A DNA stretch of 64,000 nucleotides. It comes from Candidatus Zixiibacteriota bacterium. GTDB taxonomy: Bacteria; Zixibacteria; MSB-5A5; DSPP01. Below, piece by piece: positions 36,854-46,147 of the stretch. Where the stretch lies: NCBI GenBank assembly GCA_022614805.1, contig JAKEHY010000024.1:1844-65843 (forward strand), written 5' to 3'. The notes beneath the pieces are model-generated. The model was not told the origin of the DNA, did not search any database, and was given only the letters and a program-made list of their open reading frames with translations. The position numbers were made by a program, and so were the translations under genes. Each line of letters begins with the position of its first letter. Position 1 is the stretch's first letter.

Positions 36854-39800
36854 GGCTAAGCGAAATATCCATCCAGCGCCCGGTCTTCGCCTCGGTGATG
36901 AGCCTGGTCATTCTTCTTTTCGGGGCCCTTTCCTTCATCCGGATGCCGGTGCGGGAGTACCCGGACATCGACCCACCGGTGGTTTCCATAACCACCTTTT
37001 ACCGGGGCGCGAGTCCCAGCGTGGTGGAGACCGAAATCACCGACATTCTGGAAGAGCAGCTCTCCACCCTCGAAGGGGTGAAACAGCTCAAATCCTCGAG
37101 CGTGGAGCAGGGCTCGGTCATCTCCGTGGAGTTCGAACTCTCCCGGGACGTGGACGAGGCCGCCAACGACGTCCGCGACCGGGTCACCCGCATCCGTGGC
37201 GAGCTGCCGGAGGCGGCAGACGACCCCATCATCGAAAAATTGGACGTCAACGCCCAGCCCTTTTTGTGGCTTGCTCTCGCCAGCGAACGCCACTCCGATT
37301 TGGAAGTTTCGGAAATAGCCGACCGGATTTTGAAGGAGCGGCTGCAACGCCTTCCCGGCGTCGGCTCGGTCTTCATCGGCGGGGAGCGCCGCTATGCCAT
37401 GCGCGTCTGGCTGGATGCCCAGCGTATGGCCGCTTTCGGACTGACCACGCAGGACGTCGAAACCGCCATCCGCCGGGCCAACGCCGAGATTCCGGGCGGC
37501 CGGGTGGAGGGGGTCGGCCGGGAGTTTGCCGTCCGCACCCTCGGCAATCTGACCACCGCGGACGAGTTTTCCAACATCATCGTCAAGCAGGACGGGGACC
37601 GGCGGGTTCACCTGGGGCAGGTGGCGGAGGTAAAACTGGGGGCCGAGGATGAAAGGACCTTCGTGCGTTTCAACCGCCACCCGGCGGTGGGGGTGGGAAT
37701 CGGCAAGCAGACCAAGGCCTCCACCGTGGAGGTTTCCAAGACCGTGGTGGCGGCCCTGCCGGAGCTGGCGAAAACCCTGCCGGACGGAATGACGCTCACC
37801 GTGGCCTACAACGCCGCCGACTTCATCCAGGAATCGATAAACGAGGTGCGCGAGACCTTGCTAATCGCTTTTTTTCTTGTGGTTCTGGTGATTTTGGTCT
37901 TTTTGAAAAGTTTCCGCGCCACCTTGATTCCGACTTTGGCCATCCCGGTTTCTATTTTGGGCAGCTTCGCCGTCGGCTACTTTCTGGGATTTACCTTGAA
38001 CATTCTCACCCTTTTGGCTTTGGTTTTGGCCATAGGCTTGGTGGTGGATGACGCCATCGTGGTTTTGGAAAACGTCTATCGCCATATGCAGTTGGGGAAG
38101 GACAGGCGAAAGGCGGCCTTCGACGCTTCCAAGGAGATCGGCTTCGCGGTTCTGGCCATCACCATCGCTTTGGTGGCGGTCTTCGTGCCGCTTTCCTTTT
38201 TGACCGGCAACGTCGGGCGGCTTTTCCGGGAATTTGGAATCTCGGTCGCGGCCGCCGTTCTAATTTCCGGCTTCACCGCCTTGACTTTGACGCCGATGCT
38301 CACCTCCCGAATCTTGAAGCCGCTCTACGGCGGAGGCGGCAACCGCTTTTCCCGGGCTTTCGACGCCTTCTTCGCCCGGCTGGACGCCACCTACGCCCGG
38401 ATTCTGGAAAAATCCCTGAAGAACCGCTGGAAGGTCATCATCGGCGCAGCGGCTTTGGTTTTGGTCTCTTTGACTTTGTTTAGAATTCTCCCTTCCGAAC
38501 TCGTGCCGGTGGAGGACCGCGGCATCGCCTTCGGGGTGACCATCGCGCCGGAAGGGGCGACCTTGGAGTATTCCGACCGCTATATGCGCCAGGTGGAGGA
38601 TATTTTGATGAAGCTCCCCGAGCGGGAGGGGCTTTTCACCGCGGTCGGGCTGGGCTTTGCCGGGCCGGGGCGCGTCACCAACGGCGTTTTGTTTTTGCGC
38701 TTGAAAGCCCGCGGGGAGCGCGACCGATCCCAGCAGGAAATCGTGCAAAGCCTCTTCCCGCAGTTGATGTCGATTCCGGGCATTCTGGCCTTCGTCATCA
38801 ATCCCCCCAGTTTGGGGGCCGATTTCACTTCCAGCCCGGTGGAGTATGTCTTGCAGGGGGACACTTATGAGGAGCTGCAGCAATCGGTCGGGATTATGAT
38901 GGGGAAAGTGCAGCAGTTGGGATATCTGTACAACGTCGACACCGATTTGCGCCTGAACAAACCGCAGCTGGACATCAAAATCGACCGGGAGCGGGCCGCC
39001 GGGCTGGGAGTCTCGGTGACCGACATCGGCGCGACGTTGGAAACCTTTTTGGGCGGCCGGGTGGTCACCAACTTCAAGCGGGCCGCCAAGCAGTACGACG
39101 TCATCACCCAGCTGAAACCCTCCGACCGGGCCACGCCCCAAACGGTGGAAGACCTCTACATCCGCTCCAGCGGCGGGTTGGTGCAGTTGGCCAACGTGGT
39201 GCAAATCAAGGAAACCGTGGCTCCCAAGGAGTTGAACCATTTCAACCGAGTCCGCTCCGCCACCATCACCGCCAGCCTGCTCCCCGGCGTCAGCTTGGGA
39301 AAGGCCTTGGATGATTTTGACCAAATCCGGGAAAACGACCTGCCGGCCGGCATCAAGCGGGAGCTTTCCGGCCAGTCGCGGGAATTCCGGGAATCGAGCA
39401 CGGCTTTGTACTTCGTCTTTTTTATGGCGGTGGTTTTCATCTACCTTGTTTTGGCGGCCCAGTTCGAAAGCTTCATTCATCCTTTGACTATTTTGCTCTC
39501 CGTGCCGCTCGCCCTGGTCGGGGCTTTGATCTCCCTTTTCGTTTTCCGGCAGAGCTTGAACATCTATTCCCAGATTGGGCTCGTGATGTTAATCGGGCTG
39601 GTGACTAAAAACTCCATTCTTATTGTGGAGTTCGCCAATCAGCTTCGGGAGCGCGGGGTGGCGCTCTTTGACGCCGTGGCGCAAGCCTCCCGCACCCGGC
39701 TCCGGCCGATTTTGATGACCTCCTTGACCGTGGTCTTCGGCGTTTTGCCGATAGCCATCGGCTTGGGGGCCGGCGGCGAGGCCCGCCGTCCGCTTGGGAT

Positions 39801-40023
39801 TTCGGTCGTCGGCGGAATGCTCTTTTCGACCTTCCTGACTCTGGTTCTGGTGCCGGTGGTTTACACGCTGATGGCCCGCTTTACCAAACAGGAGGAGACG
39901 GCGCACGAAGCAGCGGGAGCCGCTCCCAACGGAGCCGAGGGAGGCGACGGCAAAGAACCGGCTCGGGAAGAAATTCCTTTGGGCGTCCCCGCCACCGCAC
40001 GCGGGGCTTTGCCGAGCGAATAA
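36850..40023 (+). CDS. RND (HAE1/AcrB-type) efflux permease
   Basis: 1057 aa with 12-TM topology. N-terminus MRLSEISIQRPVFASVMSLVILLFG is typical of AcrB-family pumps. Confidence 0.9.
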   Translation: MRLSEISIQRPVFASVMSLVILLFGALSFIRMPVREYPDIDPPVVSITTFYRGASPSVVETEITDILEEQLSTLEGVKQLKSSSVEQGSVISVEFELSRDVDEAANDVRDRVTRIRGELPEAADDPIIEKLDVNAQPFLWLALASERHSDLEVSEIADRILKERLQRLPGVGSVFIGGERRYAMRVWLDAQRMAAFGLTTQDVETAIRRANAEIPGGRVEGVGREFAVRTLGNLTTADEFSNIIVKQDGDRRVHLGQVAEVKLGAEDERTFVRFNRHPAVGVGIGKQTKASTVEVSKTVVAALPELAKTLPDGMTLTVAYNAADFIQESINEVRETLLIAFFLVVLVILVFLKSFRATLIPTLAIPVSILGSFAVGYFLGFTLNILTLLALVLAIGLVVDDAIVVLENVYRHMQLGKDRRKAAFDASKEIGFAVLAITIALVAVFVPLSFLTGNVGRLFREFGISVAAAVLISGFTALTLTPMLTSRILKPLYGGGGNRFSRAFDAFFARLDATYARILEKSLKNRWKVIIGAAALVLVSLTLFRILPSELVPVEDRGIAFGVTIAPEGATLEYSDRYMRQVEDILMKLPEREGLFTAVGLGFAGPGRVTNGVLFLRLKARGERDRSQQEIVQSLFPQLMSIPGILAFVINPPSLGADFTSSPVEYVLQGDTYEELQQSVGIMMGKVQQLGYLYNVDTDLRLNKPQLDIKIDRERAAGLGVSVTDIGATLETFLGGRVVTNFKRAAKQYDVITQLKPSDRATPQTVEDLYIRSSGGLVQLANVVQIKETVAPKELNHFNRVRSATITASLLPGVSLGKALDDFDQIRENDLPAGIKRELSGQSREFRESSTALYFVFFMAVVFIYLVLAAQFESFIHPLTILLSVPLALVGALISLFVFRQSLNIYSQIGLVMLIGLVTKNSILIVEFANQLRERGVALFDAVAQASRTRLRPILMTSLTVVFGVLPIAIGLGAGGEARRPLGISVVGGMLFSTFLTLVLVPVVYTLMARFTKQEETAHEAAGAAPNGAEGGDGKEPAREEIPLGVPATARGALPSE

Positions 40024-40038
40024 TCTTTCTTTCACCCC

Positions 40039-40088
40039 GAGGGCGAACCTATTTTGAGCCTCCCGAGTTCGCCCTCTTTTTTTTATTT
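40039..40088 (+). terminator. rho-independent terminator downstream of RND pump
   Basis: GAGGGCGAAC - 18 nt loop - GTTCGCCCTC, followed by TTTTTTTTATTT. Nested inside an outer inverted repeat TTTCACCCC (40030-40038) ... GGGGTGAAA (40091-40099). Confidence 0.6.
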
Positions 40089-40131
40089 GGGGTGAAACCT
40101 ACCCCACAGCCTCCGGACGAAAATTTACCGG

Positions 40132-40160
40132 TTGATAAAGGGTTGAAAAAATCGTTAATT
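40132..40160 (+). promoter_or_regulatory. candidate sigma70-type promoter for tRNA-Asp
   Basis: TTGATA - 17 bp - TTAATT, about 55 nt upstream of the tRNA 5' end. Pattern match only. Confidence 0.3.
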
Positions 40161-40216
40161 TAAGTTTTATTCACTCGTTGCCGGTGAGTGACGAACCGGA
40201 TAGGGATTGGCAGCAC

Positions 40217-40293
40217 GGGGTCGTAGTTCAGTTGGTTAGAACGCCTGCCTGTCACGCAGGAGGTCGCGAGTTCGAGTCTCGTCGGCCCCGCCA
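40217..40293 (+). tRNA. tRNA-Asp (anticodon GUC)
   Basis: 77 nt. GGGGTCGTAGTTCAGTTGGTTAGAACGCCTGCCTGTCACGCAGGAGGTCGCGAGTTCGAGTCTCGTCGGCCCCGCCA. D-loop AGTTGGTTAGAAC, anticodon loop CTGTCAC, T-loop GTTCGAGTC, encoded CCA. Confidence 0.92.
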
Positions 40294-40341
40294 TTTTTGA
40301 GCGAGAATAAAATCTTTTCCCCGAGCTGGGCGAAAATTAAA

Positions 40342-40632
40342 CTACAAACTGGAAGGTGTGGCCTTTTCAGTCGGCGGCATTGAAGCCGGCGCTTCCGGCT
40401 CTTTCTTTTTGTCCTTGATGATGATGGCTATCGGGATGATGACGCAGTAGCCCAGAACCAGCAAAATCGGCGCAAAGACGGTATCGCCGGTGCCGAGGAA
40501 GATAAAGCCGGCAATGATGGCCAGAAGCCCCACGGCGAACAGGATGTAGTTCCGTTTCCCGAAAATCGGGCCGGTTTCGGCCTTTATTTTCGGGGCCGGT
40601 TTGCCTTTAACGACTGGTTTGGGCTGCGCCAT
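40342..40632 (-). CDS. small membrane protein (two TM helices, Lys-rich N-terminus)
   Basis: 96 aa ORF. Hydrophobic segments ILFAVGLLAIIAGFIFLG and ILLVLGYCVIIPIAIII. No known motif. Confidence 0.4.
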   Translation of the reverse strand: MAQPKPVVKGKPAPKIKAETGPIFGKRNYILFAVGLLAIIAGFIFLGTGDTVFAPILLVLGYCVIIPIAIIIKDKKKEPEAPASMPPTEKATPSSL

Positions 40633-40691
40633 TTCTATCCTCCGTGAAGATTACCTTTTATCGTTCCAAAATCAAGCCGAAAACGATTGCA

Positions 40692-41024
40692 TCAGGAATC
40701 CCGGTCGAGGGCTTTGAATTCGCCGGTTACCTCGATGACCACCGGATACCCTTCCAACGATTTGGGCACCCCCTTTTCTATTTCGGCTGTTTTCGCGGTT
40801 ACAAACACCTTGATGCAGGGTTTGCCGTCCGCTTCTCCAATGGCCGTCCCGACCACGCCGGGGATGGACATCAAATGCTCGGTATGCTCTTCCTGCACCT
40901 GCTCTATGGTTTTACCAGTCATTTTGCTTTCCTTCGGGCTTTGGGCATCGTTTACGTCGGCGCATCCGGCCAGTGTGGCCAAGCCCAGCCCAAGAAACAC
41001 GCTTGAAAACAACTTCATATCCAC
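40692..41024 (-). CDS. small secreted lipoprotein paralogous to the N-terminal domain of the adjacent S1 protease
   Basis: 110 aa. Lipobox LATLAGC. Region EEHTEHLMSIPGVVGTAIGEADGKPCIKVFV aligns with QNRHTDRLMAIEGVVGTATGLSAEGKPVVKVYA of the 41108-42151 protein. Confidence 0.55.
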   Translation of the reverse strand: MDMKLFSSVFLGLGLATLAGCADVNDAQSPKESKMTGKTIEQVQEEHTEHLMSIPGVVGTAIGEADGKPCIKVFVTAKTAEIEKGVPKSLEGYPVVIEVTGEFKALDRDS

Positions 41025-41107
41025 TTCCTTTTACAATTAACCGCAGAGAAAAGAAAAAAACAAGCGGGAATCCTTTCAGATTCCCGCTTGCGAAACGCGA
41101 AAAGAAA

Positions 41108-42151
41108 CTACTGGCTGCAGATGGTCAGATTTCCCATCTGGGAAGTGCTCAACACTTCGTTGATCGGATTCAGAACGGTGGTGGTGCTGCTGCCGGCATA
41201 CAAAAGCCCCACCGGGTTGTTGTTGGCGTCGTTGGTCACCACCAAGGAGCCGGAATCGCCGGAGCGGGAGATACTGGTCGTGACTATCTGCCCCGTGAAA
41301 CGGGCCGTGCCGGCGGAGTACCCCACGTTGACGGTGGCGTTGATGGCCGTCACGGTGCCGGTCGAGAGCGAGGAGGTCCGCCCCACTTTCTTAACGGATT
41401 GACCCACAAAGGCCGCCACGGTAGTAGAACTGGGGAAGCCGTAATAGTTAGGCAGAGTGGCGCAGGTAATATCGGTGGTGGAATAGAGGGCTATGGCGGC
41501 ATCCACCCGATTGTTGGCCGAGGTGGAAAACACGATGGGCACGAACGCGGACAGGTCGGCCACCTTATTGGCGGCAATGTGAGCGCACTTCGGTTTGCTG
41601 TCATAGCGCCCGGGCTGAACGATGTCCTCCCCGATGGAAGCGGCGTTTTGCCTGGCCAGAACATGGTTATTGCTCAAAATGTATTTCTGGCCACCTTTTT
41701 CCACCACGCAGCCGATGGTACCGGCTGAACACTCATTGTCGTTGCCGACCGAAACCCCGATCGGCACCGGGCGGTACCGCTTGGTCAAGGCGAGGGCGTA
41801 GAACTTCCCTGTAACTTCCACCTCGACCGGTATGCCGTCCACGGTCGAAGGAATGCCGGCCACGCCCTGCCGTTCGGCATACACTTTCACCACCGGTTTG
41901 CCTTCTGCCGAAAGGCCGGTGGCCGTGCCGACCACCCCTTCGATGGCCATCAACCGGTCGGTGTGACGGTTTTGAACCTCCATCACTTTGTTTAGACCAA
42001 CGGCCGACAAAGCCACCGGCTGTTGCTGCGGAGCGGTAGAGGCCGGCTGCTTTTCGCTGCAGCTCACCCAGAATAAAGCTGAAGCCAAAAGCACCACCAC
42101 GGCCAGGTATCCCCATCTTCGGGCTGGCCCAAACAGATACTTGTGCATCAA
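41108..42151 (-). CDS. secreted trypsin-like (S1 family) serine protease with N-terminal prodomain-like region
   Basis: 347 aa with signal peptide. Catalytic Ser motif GDSGS. Candidate His in SNNHVLA. N-terminal about 90 aa domain shared with the upstream 110-aa protein. Confidence 0.55.
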   Translation of the reverse strand: MMHKYLFGPARRWGYLAVVVLLASALFWVSCSEKQPASTAPQQQPVALSAVGLNKVMEVQNRHTDRLMAIEGVVGTATGLSAEGKPVVKVYAERQGVAGIPSTVDGIPVEVEVTGKFYALALTKRYRPVPIGVSVGNDNECSAGTIGCVVEKGGQKYILSNNHVLARQNAASIGEDIVQPGRYDSKPKCAHIAANKVADLSAFVPIVFSTSANNRVDAAIALYSTTDITCATLPNYYGFPSSTTVAAFVGQSVKKVGRTSSLSTGTVTAINATVNVGYSAGTARFTGQIVTTSISRSGDSGSLVVTNDANNNPVGLLYAGSSTTTVLNPINEVLSTSQMGNLTICSQ

Positions 42152-42363
42152 GCACCTCCCTTTGGTTTAGGGTTATGGTTTTTGTTGACCGCCGAGAAAG
42201 ATAAACCGCCTCCTTCAGGGCTACCTATGACGTATGACATATTTTTTTACGTAACGAACAAAAATAAGTTTCAGCCCAAAAAAGTCAAGCTAATTGTTCT
42301 TGCCCATTTTGTTGGAATCCGGATACCTTTTTGTTATTTATTGCTGATTGAAAGGAGGAAAAA

Positions 42364-42801
42364 ATGTTGAAAGAATTCAAGGCCTTTGCAATGCAGGGAA
42401 ACGTTATGGATATGGCCGTCGGCATCATCATCGGCGCCGCCTTCGGCAAAATCGTAAGCTCTCTGGTGGGGGAGGTTTTGATGCCCCCTTTGGGGCTTCT
42501 AATCGGCAACGTCGATTTTTCCAACCTGTACTTCAACCTGTCGGGGCAAAGCTTTGCTTCTTTGACGGAGGCGAAAGCGGCCGGGGCGCCGGTTGTAAGC
42601 TACGGCCTTTTTTTCAACACCGTGATTGACTTCATCGTCGTGGCTTTCGTGATATTTCTTTTGGTCAAACAGATAAACCGGCTGAAAACCGGACCCACCC
42701 CGGCGGCGCCGAATACCAAGGATTGTCCCTACTGCCTTTCCACCATTCCCCTCAAAGCCAGTCGCTGTGCATATTGCACGGCGGATTTGAAAACGGCTTG
42801 A
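42364..42801 (+). CDS. mscL: large-conductance mechanosensitive channel with C-terminal Cys4 zinc-ribbon extension
   Basis: 145 aa. Canonical MscL N-terminus [44 protein letters not shown] and TM2. C-terminal CPYC-x11-CAYC replaces the usual helical bundle. Confidence 0.85.
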   Translation: MLKEFKAFAMQGNVMDMAVGIIIGAAFGKIVSSLVGEVLMPPLGLLIGNVDFSNLYFNLSGQSFASLTEAKAAGAPVVSYGLFFNTVIDFIVVAFVIFLLVKQINRLKTGPTPAAPNTKDCPYCLSTIPLKASRCAYCTADLKTA

Positions 42802-42810
42802 CGCCAAAAG

Positions 42811-42840
42811 AAAAGGGCGTCCGCAAGGACGCCCTTTTTA
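42811..42840. terminator. bidirectional rho-independent terminator between mscL and ompA-like gene
   Basis: AAAAG-GGGCGTCC-gcaa-GGACGCCC-TTTTTATTT. Confidence 0.7.
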
Positions 42841-42855
42841 TTTCCGCTTCAGAGC

Positions 42856-44412
42856 CTACTGCACTCTCTTTAACTCCACCCGGCGGTTTTGGGCCCGGCC
42901 GGACACCGTCTTGTTGTCCGCTATCGGGGTGGTTTCGCCGTATCCCTTGACGAACAGGTTTTCCGCCTTTACGCCCTTTTCCACCAGGTAGTTCCGGACG
43001 GCGGTCGCCCGCTGCTCGGAAAGATTCAGGTTATGGGCGTCAGAGCCGGTGGCGTCGGTATGCCCGCCGACTTCCACCTTCACCTCCGGATGGGCCATCA
43101 GGCTGATGGCCACCTCGTCCAGAACCGTTTTGGAAGCATCGAGGAGGACCGCCTTGCCGGTTTGGAAATTAACCCCTTTCAAAACCAGCGGCTTTTCGGG
43201 AGTCGGAATGTATTCGACCTTCGGCAACACGCAGCCGACCGCATTCACTTCGCTTCCCGCCGGCGTGTTCGGGCACTGGTCGACTCCGTCACAAACGCCG
43301 TCGCCGTCTGAATCCGTCTGGCAACCGGAAGCATCCACGGTGCAGCCTCTGGGGGTATCCGCGCATTTATCCAGCCCGTCGCAAACCCCGTCGCCGTCGG
43401 CATCGGTCGGGCAACCGGCGGCGTCCACCGTGCATCCCTTGGGGGTGTTGTCGCACTTGTCCGTTCCATCCGAAACGCCGTCTCCATCAGAATCGGTCGG
43501 GCATCCCTTGCTGTCCACTTTGACCCCTTTGGGGGAATTGGCGCAGGCATCGATGCCGTCGCAGACCCCGTCGCCGTCCGAATCAACCGGACAACCGTCG
43601 GCATCCACCCGGCAGCCAACCCTCGTGCCGGGGCATTTATCCTTTTTGTCGGAAACGCCGTCCAAGTCCTCGTCCCCGACCTTGCCGCCAAAGTAGAAGG
43701 AAAAGCCGGTGTACACTTCCGCCGTGAGCTTCGGCAAATCCAGTTCGTTGGCTCCCGTGCCAACTATATCCTTGTCATCCTTGAAATCGGTCAGAAAGTG
43801 GGAAAGGTAGCGCGCGCGCCCTCCCAGCTCCCAGGAGAAATTCTCACTGATGAAATATTCCACTCCGAGCCCCAGCATTCCATACAACTCCTGATCTTTC
43901 AGTTCATACGGATTGCCGGCCTTGTCGGTGTCGGGGACACCTGTGCCGTTCAAGAGGGAGGTGTCGGACATCAGGGTGTTCCCGTCCTTGTCCCTCCACT
44001 TCCACAAGTAAATCCCGGCCCCGATGGAAACATAGGGGGAAAGCTTTTTCTCCGGCATAAAGTGGTACTCGGCCAAAAGCCCGCCGCTGAAGGCACGCTG
44101 CTGGGGCCCGTCGGCGAGATTGTCAAAAGTAAAGCCGGCCCCGTCCGCGAACTTAGAAGTATCCGCCAGCCAGTTCATCCGGCCGGTTCCTTCCACGCCG
44201 ACCACCCAGTTTTTGGTAAGTCCGTACTTCAGGCTGGCGTCCACCACCCCGCCAATCGTCCAGTAGTCGGAATGGTCGGTCAGCCCCAGCTTGTAGCCCC
44301 CTCCATGGACGGATAAGCCCATCTTTCCCTTCAAGTCCACGCCGAAGGCGGCGGTGGAAACGAAAGAAAGAAAAACGAGAGCCAAAAGTGATGTCAAAAC
44401 GGTTCTTTTCAT
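42856..44412 (-). CDS. OmpA-family outer membrane protein with thrombospondin type 3 calcium-binding repeats
   Basis: Start at MKRTVL (ATG 44412, RBS GGAGAGAG). N-terminal beta-barrel region. More than 5 TSP3-like repeats: DSDGDGVCDG, DADGDGVCDGLDKC. C-terminal OmpA peptidoglycan-binding domain (NLNLSEQRATAVRNYLVEKGV..RRVEL). Confidence 0.8.
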   Translation of the reverse strand: MKRTVLTSLLALVFLSFVSTAAFGVDLKGKMGLSVHGGGYKLGLTDHSDYWTIGGVVDASLKYGLTKNWVVGVEGTGRMNWLADTSKFADGAGFTFDNLADGPQQRAFSGGLLAEYHFMPEKKLSPYVSIGAGIYLWKWRDKDGNTLMSDTSLLNGTGVPDTDKAGNPYELKDQELYGMLGLGVEYFISENFSWELGGRARYLSHFLTDFKDDKDIVGTGANELDLPKLTAEVYTGFSFYFGGKVGDEDLDGVSDKKDKCPGTRVGCRVDADGCPVDSDGDGVCDGIDACANSPKGVKVDSKGCPTDSDGDGVSDGTDKCDNTPKGCTVDAAGCPTDADGDGVCDGLDKCADTPRGCTVDASGCQTDSDGDGVCDGVDQCPNTPAGSEVNAVGCVLPKVEYIPTPEKPLVLKGVNFQTGKAVLLDASKTVLDEVAISLMAHPEVKVEVGGHTDATGSDAHNLNLSEQRATAVRNYLVEKGVKAENLFVKGYGETTPIADNKTVSGRAQNRRVELKRVQ

Positions 44413-44599
44413 CTCTCCTCCTTTTCTCCTATTGTTCTCGTCCAAGATAGGGGGAAATAATCGCCCCCCCGCCGCCGCTTGTCAAGGGAATTTTTAGCTC
44501 CGCCGACTTTTTTTGGCGCAGGGGCGGGTATTGGAAAAGGGAGTTGAAAGGTGTATATTCCGATTTTGAAGGGAATCGCGTAGAAAAGAGAGAGAAAAG

Positions 44600-45478
44600 A
44601 TGACCAAAGAAGAAGCCTGGAAAGTCAAAGTCGGCCTGGCGGAAATGCTGAAAGGCGGCGTGATTATGGACGTCACCACGGCCGAGCAGGCCAAAGTGGC
44701 CGAAGAGGCGGGCGCCTGCGCCGTGATGGCTTTGGAGCGGGTCCCGGCCGACATCCGCAAGGAAGGGGGGGTCGCGCGGATGGCCGACCCCAAAATCATC
44801 GAGGAAATTCAGGCAGCCGTCACCATTCCGGTGATGGCCAAATGCCGTATCGGGCATTTTGCCGAAGCCCAGGTATTGGAAGCTCTGGAAGTGGATTACA
44901 TCGACGAAAGCGAGGTTTTGACCCCCGCCGACGAGAAAAACCACATCGAAAAACACCAGTTCAAGGTTCCCTTCGTTTGCGGCGCCCGCAATCTGGGAGA
45001 GGCTTTGCGCAGAATCGGCGAAGGGGCGGCCTTGATACGCACCAAAGGGGAGGCCGGCTCCGGCAACATCGTGGAGGCGGTGCGCCATATCCGCGACGTC
45101 ATCGGCGCCATCAAGCGCTTGACCACGCTCGGCGATGAGGAGTTAATGGCGGAGACGAAGAATCTGGGCGCGCCGTATGAGCTGGTGCGTGAAGTGGCCA
45201 AAACCGGCAAGCTGCCGGTCCCCAACTTTGCCGCTGGCGGAGTGGCCACCCCGGCCGATGCCGCTTTGGTGATGCAGCTTGGAGCCGAAGCGGTCTTCGT
45301 CGGCTCCGGCATCTTCAAATCGGAGGACCCGGCCAAACGGGCCAAAGCCATCGTGGTTGCCACCACGCATTTCAAGGACCCCAAAAAAGTGGCCGAGGCT
45401 TGCAAGGGGCTGGGGGAGCCGATGAAGGGGCTGGACATCAAGCTGATTCCCGAAAATCAGTTGCTCCAGATTCGATGA
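44600..45478 (+). CDS. pdxS: pyridoxal 5'-phosphate synthase lyase subunit
   Basis: 292 aa. [38 protein letters not shown] is the PdxS consensus. Confidence 0.92.
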   Translation: MTKEEAWKVKVGLAEMLKGGVIMDVTTAEQAKVAEEAGACAVMALERVPADIRKEGGVARMADPKIIEEIQAAVTIPVMAKCRIGHFAEAQVLEALEVDYIDESEVLTPADEKNHIEKHQFKVPFVCGARNLGEALRRIGEGAALIRTKGEAGSGNIVEAVRHIRDVIGAIKRLTTLGDEELMAETKNLGAPYELVREVAKTGKLPVPNFAAGGVATPADAALVMQLGAEAVFVGSGIFKSEDPAKRAKAIVVATTHFKDPKKVAEACKGLGEPMKGLDIKLIPENQLLQIR

Positions 45479-46089
45479 GAGTCTCCGAAGGAAACCCGGT
45501 CGGGATTTTGTCCCTGCAGGGGGATTTTGAAAAGCACCGGCAGGCGCTGGCTGAAATAAACAGCCCATCCAAAGAAGTTCGCACGGTGGAAGATTTGACT
45601 CCCTGTTCGGCCTTGATTATCCCCGGCGGGGAATCCACTACGATGCGCAAGTTGATGGCGGCCGAAGAGCTTGATTCCGCCGTCAAAAAATTCGCCGAAA
45701 GTCGGCCAATTATGGGAACCTGCGCCGGGATGATTTTGCTTTCCTCCAAGGTTGAGGACTCGACAGTCGAACCATTGAAGCTGATAGATATGACTGTCCG
45801 GCGCAATGCTTATGGAAGGCAGATTCATTCCTTCATCGACACCGGGCGGGTGCCGATGTGGGAGGATAACTCAAAACTCGAAATGGTTTTCATCCGCGCC
45901 CCACAGGTCGTTTCGTACGGGCCGGCGGTGATACCTTTGGCCACACTGGGAGAGGAAGTGGTTATGGTCCGTTCCGGGAAAATTCTGGTACTGGCCTTTC
46001 ATCCGGAACTCGCGGCCGACCGGCGGGTGCACCGATTCTTTGTGGAGGAGTTTATCGAGGAACGGAAAGGTATTCCGGTAGCGCTCTAA
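45475..46089 (+). CDS. pdxT: pyridoxal 5'-phosphate synthase glutaminase subunit
   Basis: ATG 45475 overlaps the pdxS stop (ATGA). [21 protein letters not shown] class-I glutamine amidotransferase motifs. Confidence 0.88.
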   Translation: MRVSEGNPVGILSLQGDFEKHRQALAEINSPSKEVRTVEDLTPCSALIIPGGESTTMRKLMAAEELDSAVKKFAESRPIMGTCAGMILLSSKVEDSTVEPLKLIDMTVRRNAYGRQIHSFIDTGRVPMWEDNSKLEMVFIRAPQVVSYGPAVIPLATLGEEVVMVRSGKILVLAFHPELAADRRVHRFFVEEFIEERKGIPVAL

Positions 46090-46147
46090 TTTCGCCAACC
46101 GGAGAAAAAAGTGTATAGGACGCAAGAAAAAAGAAAGGGAGGGTAAG

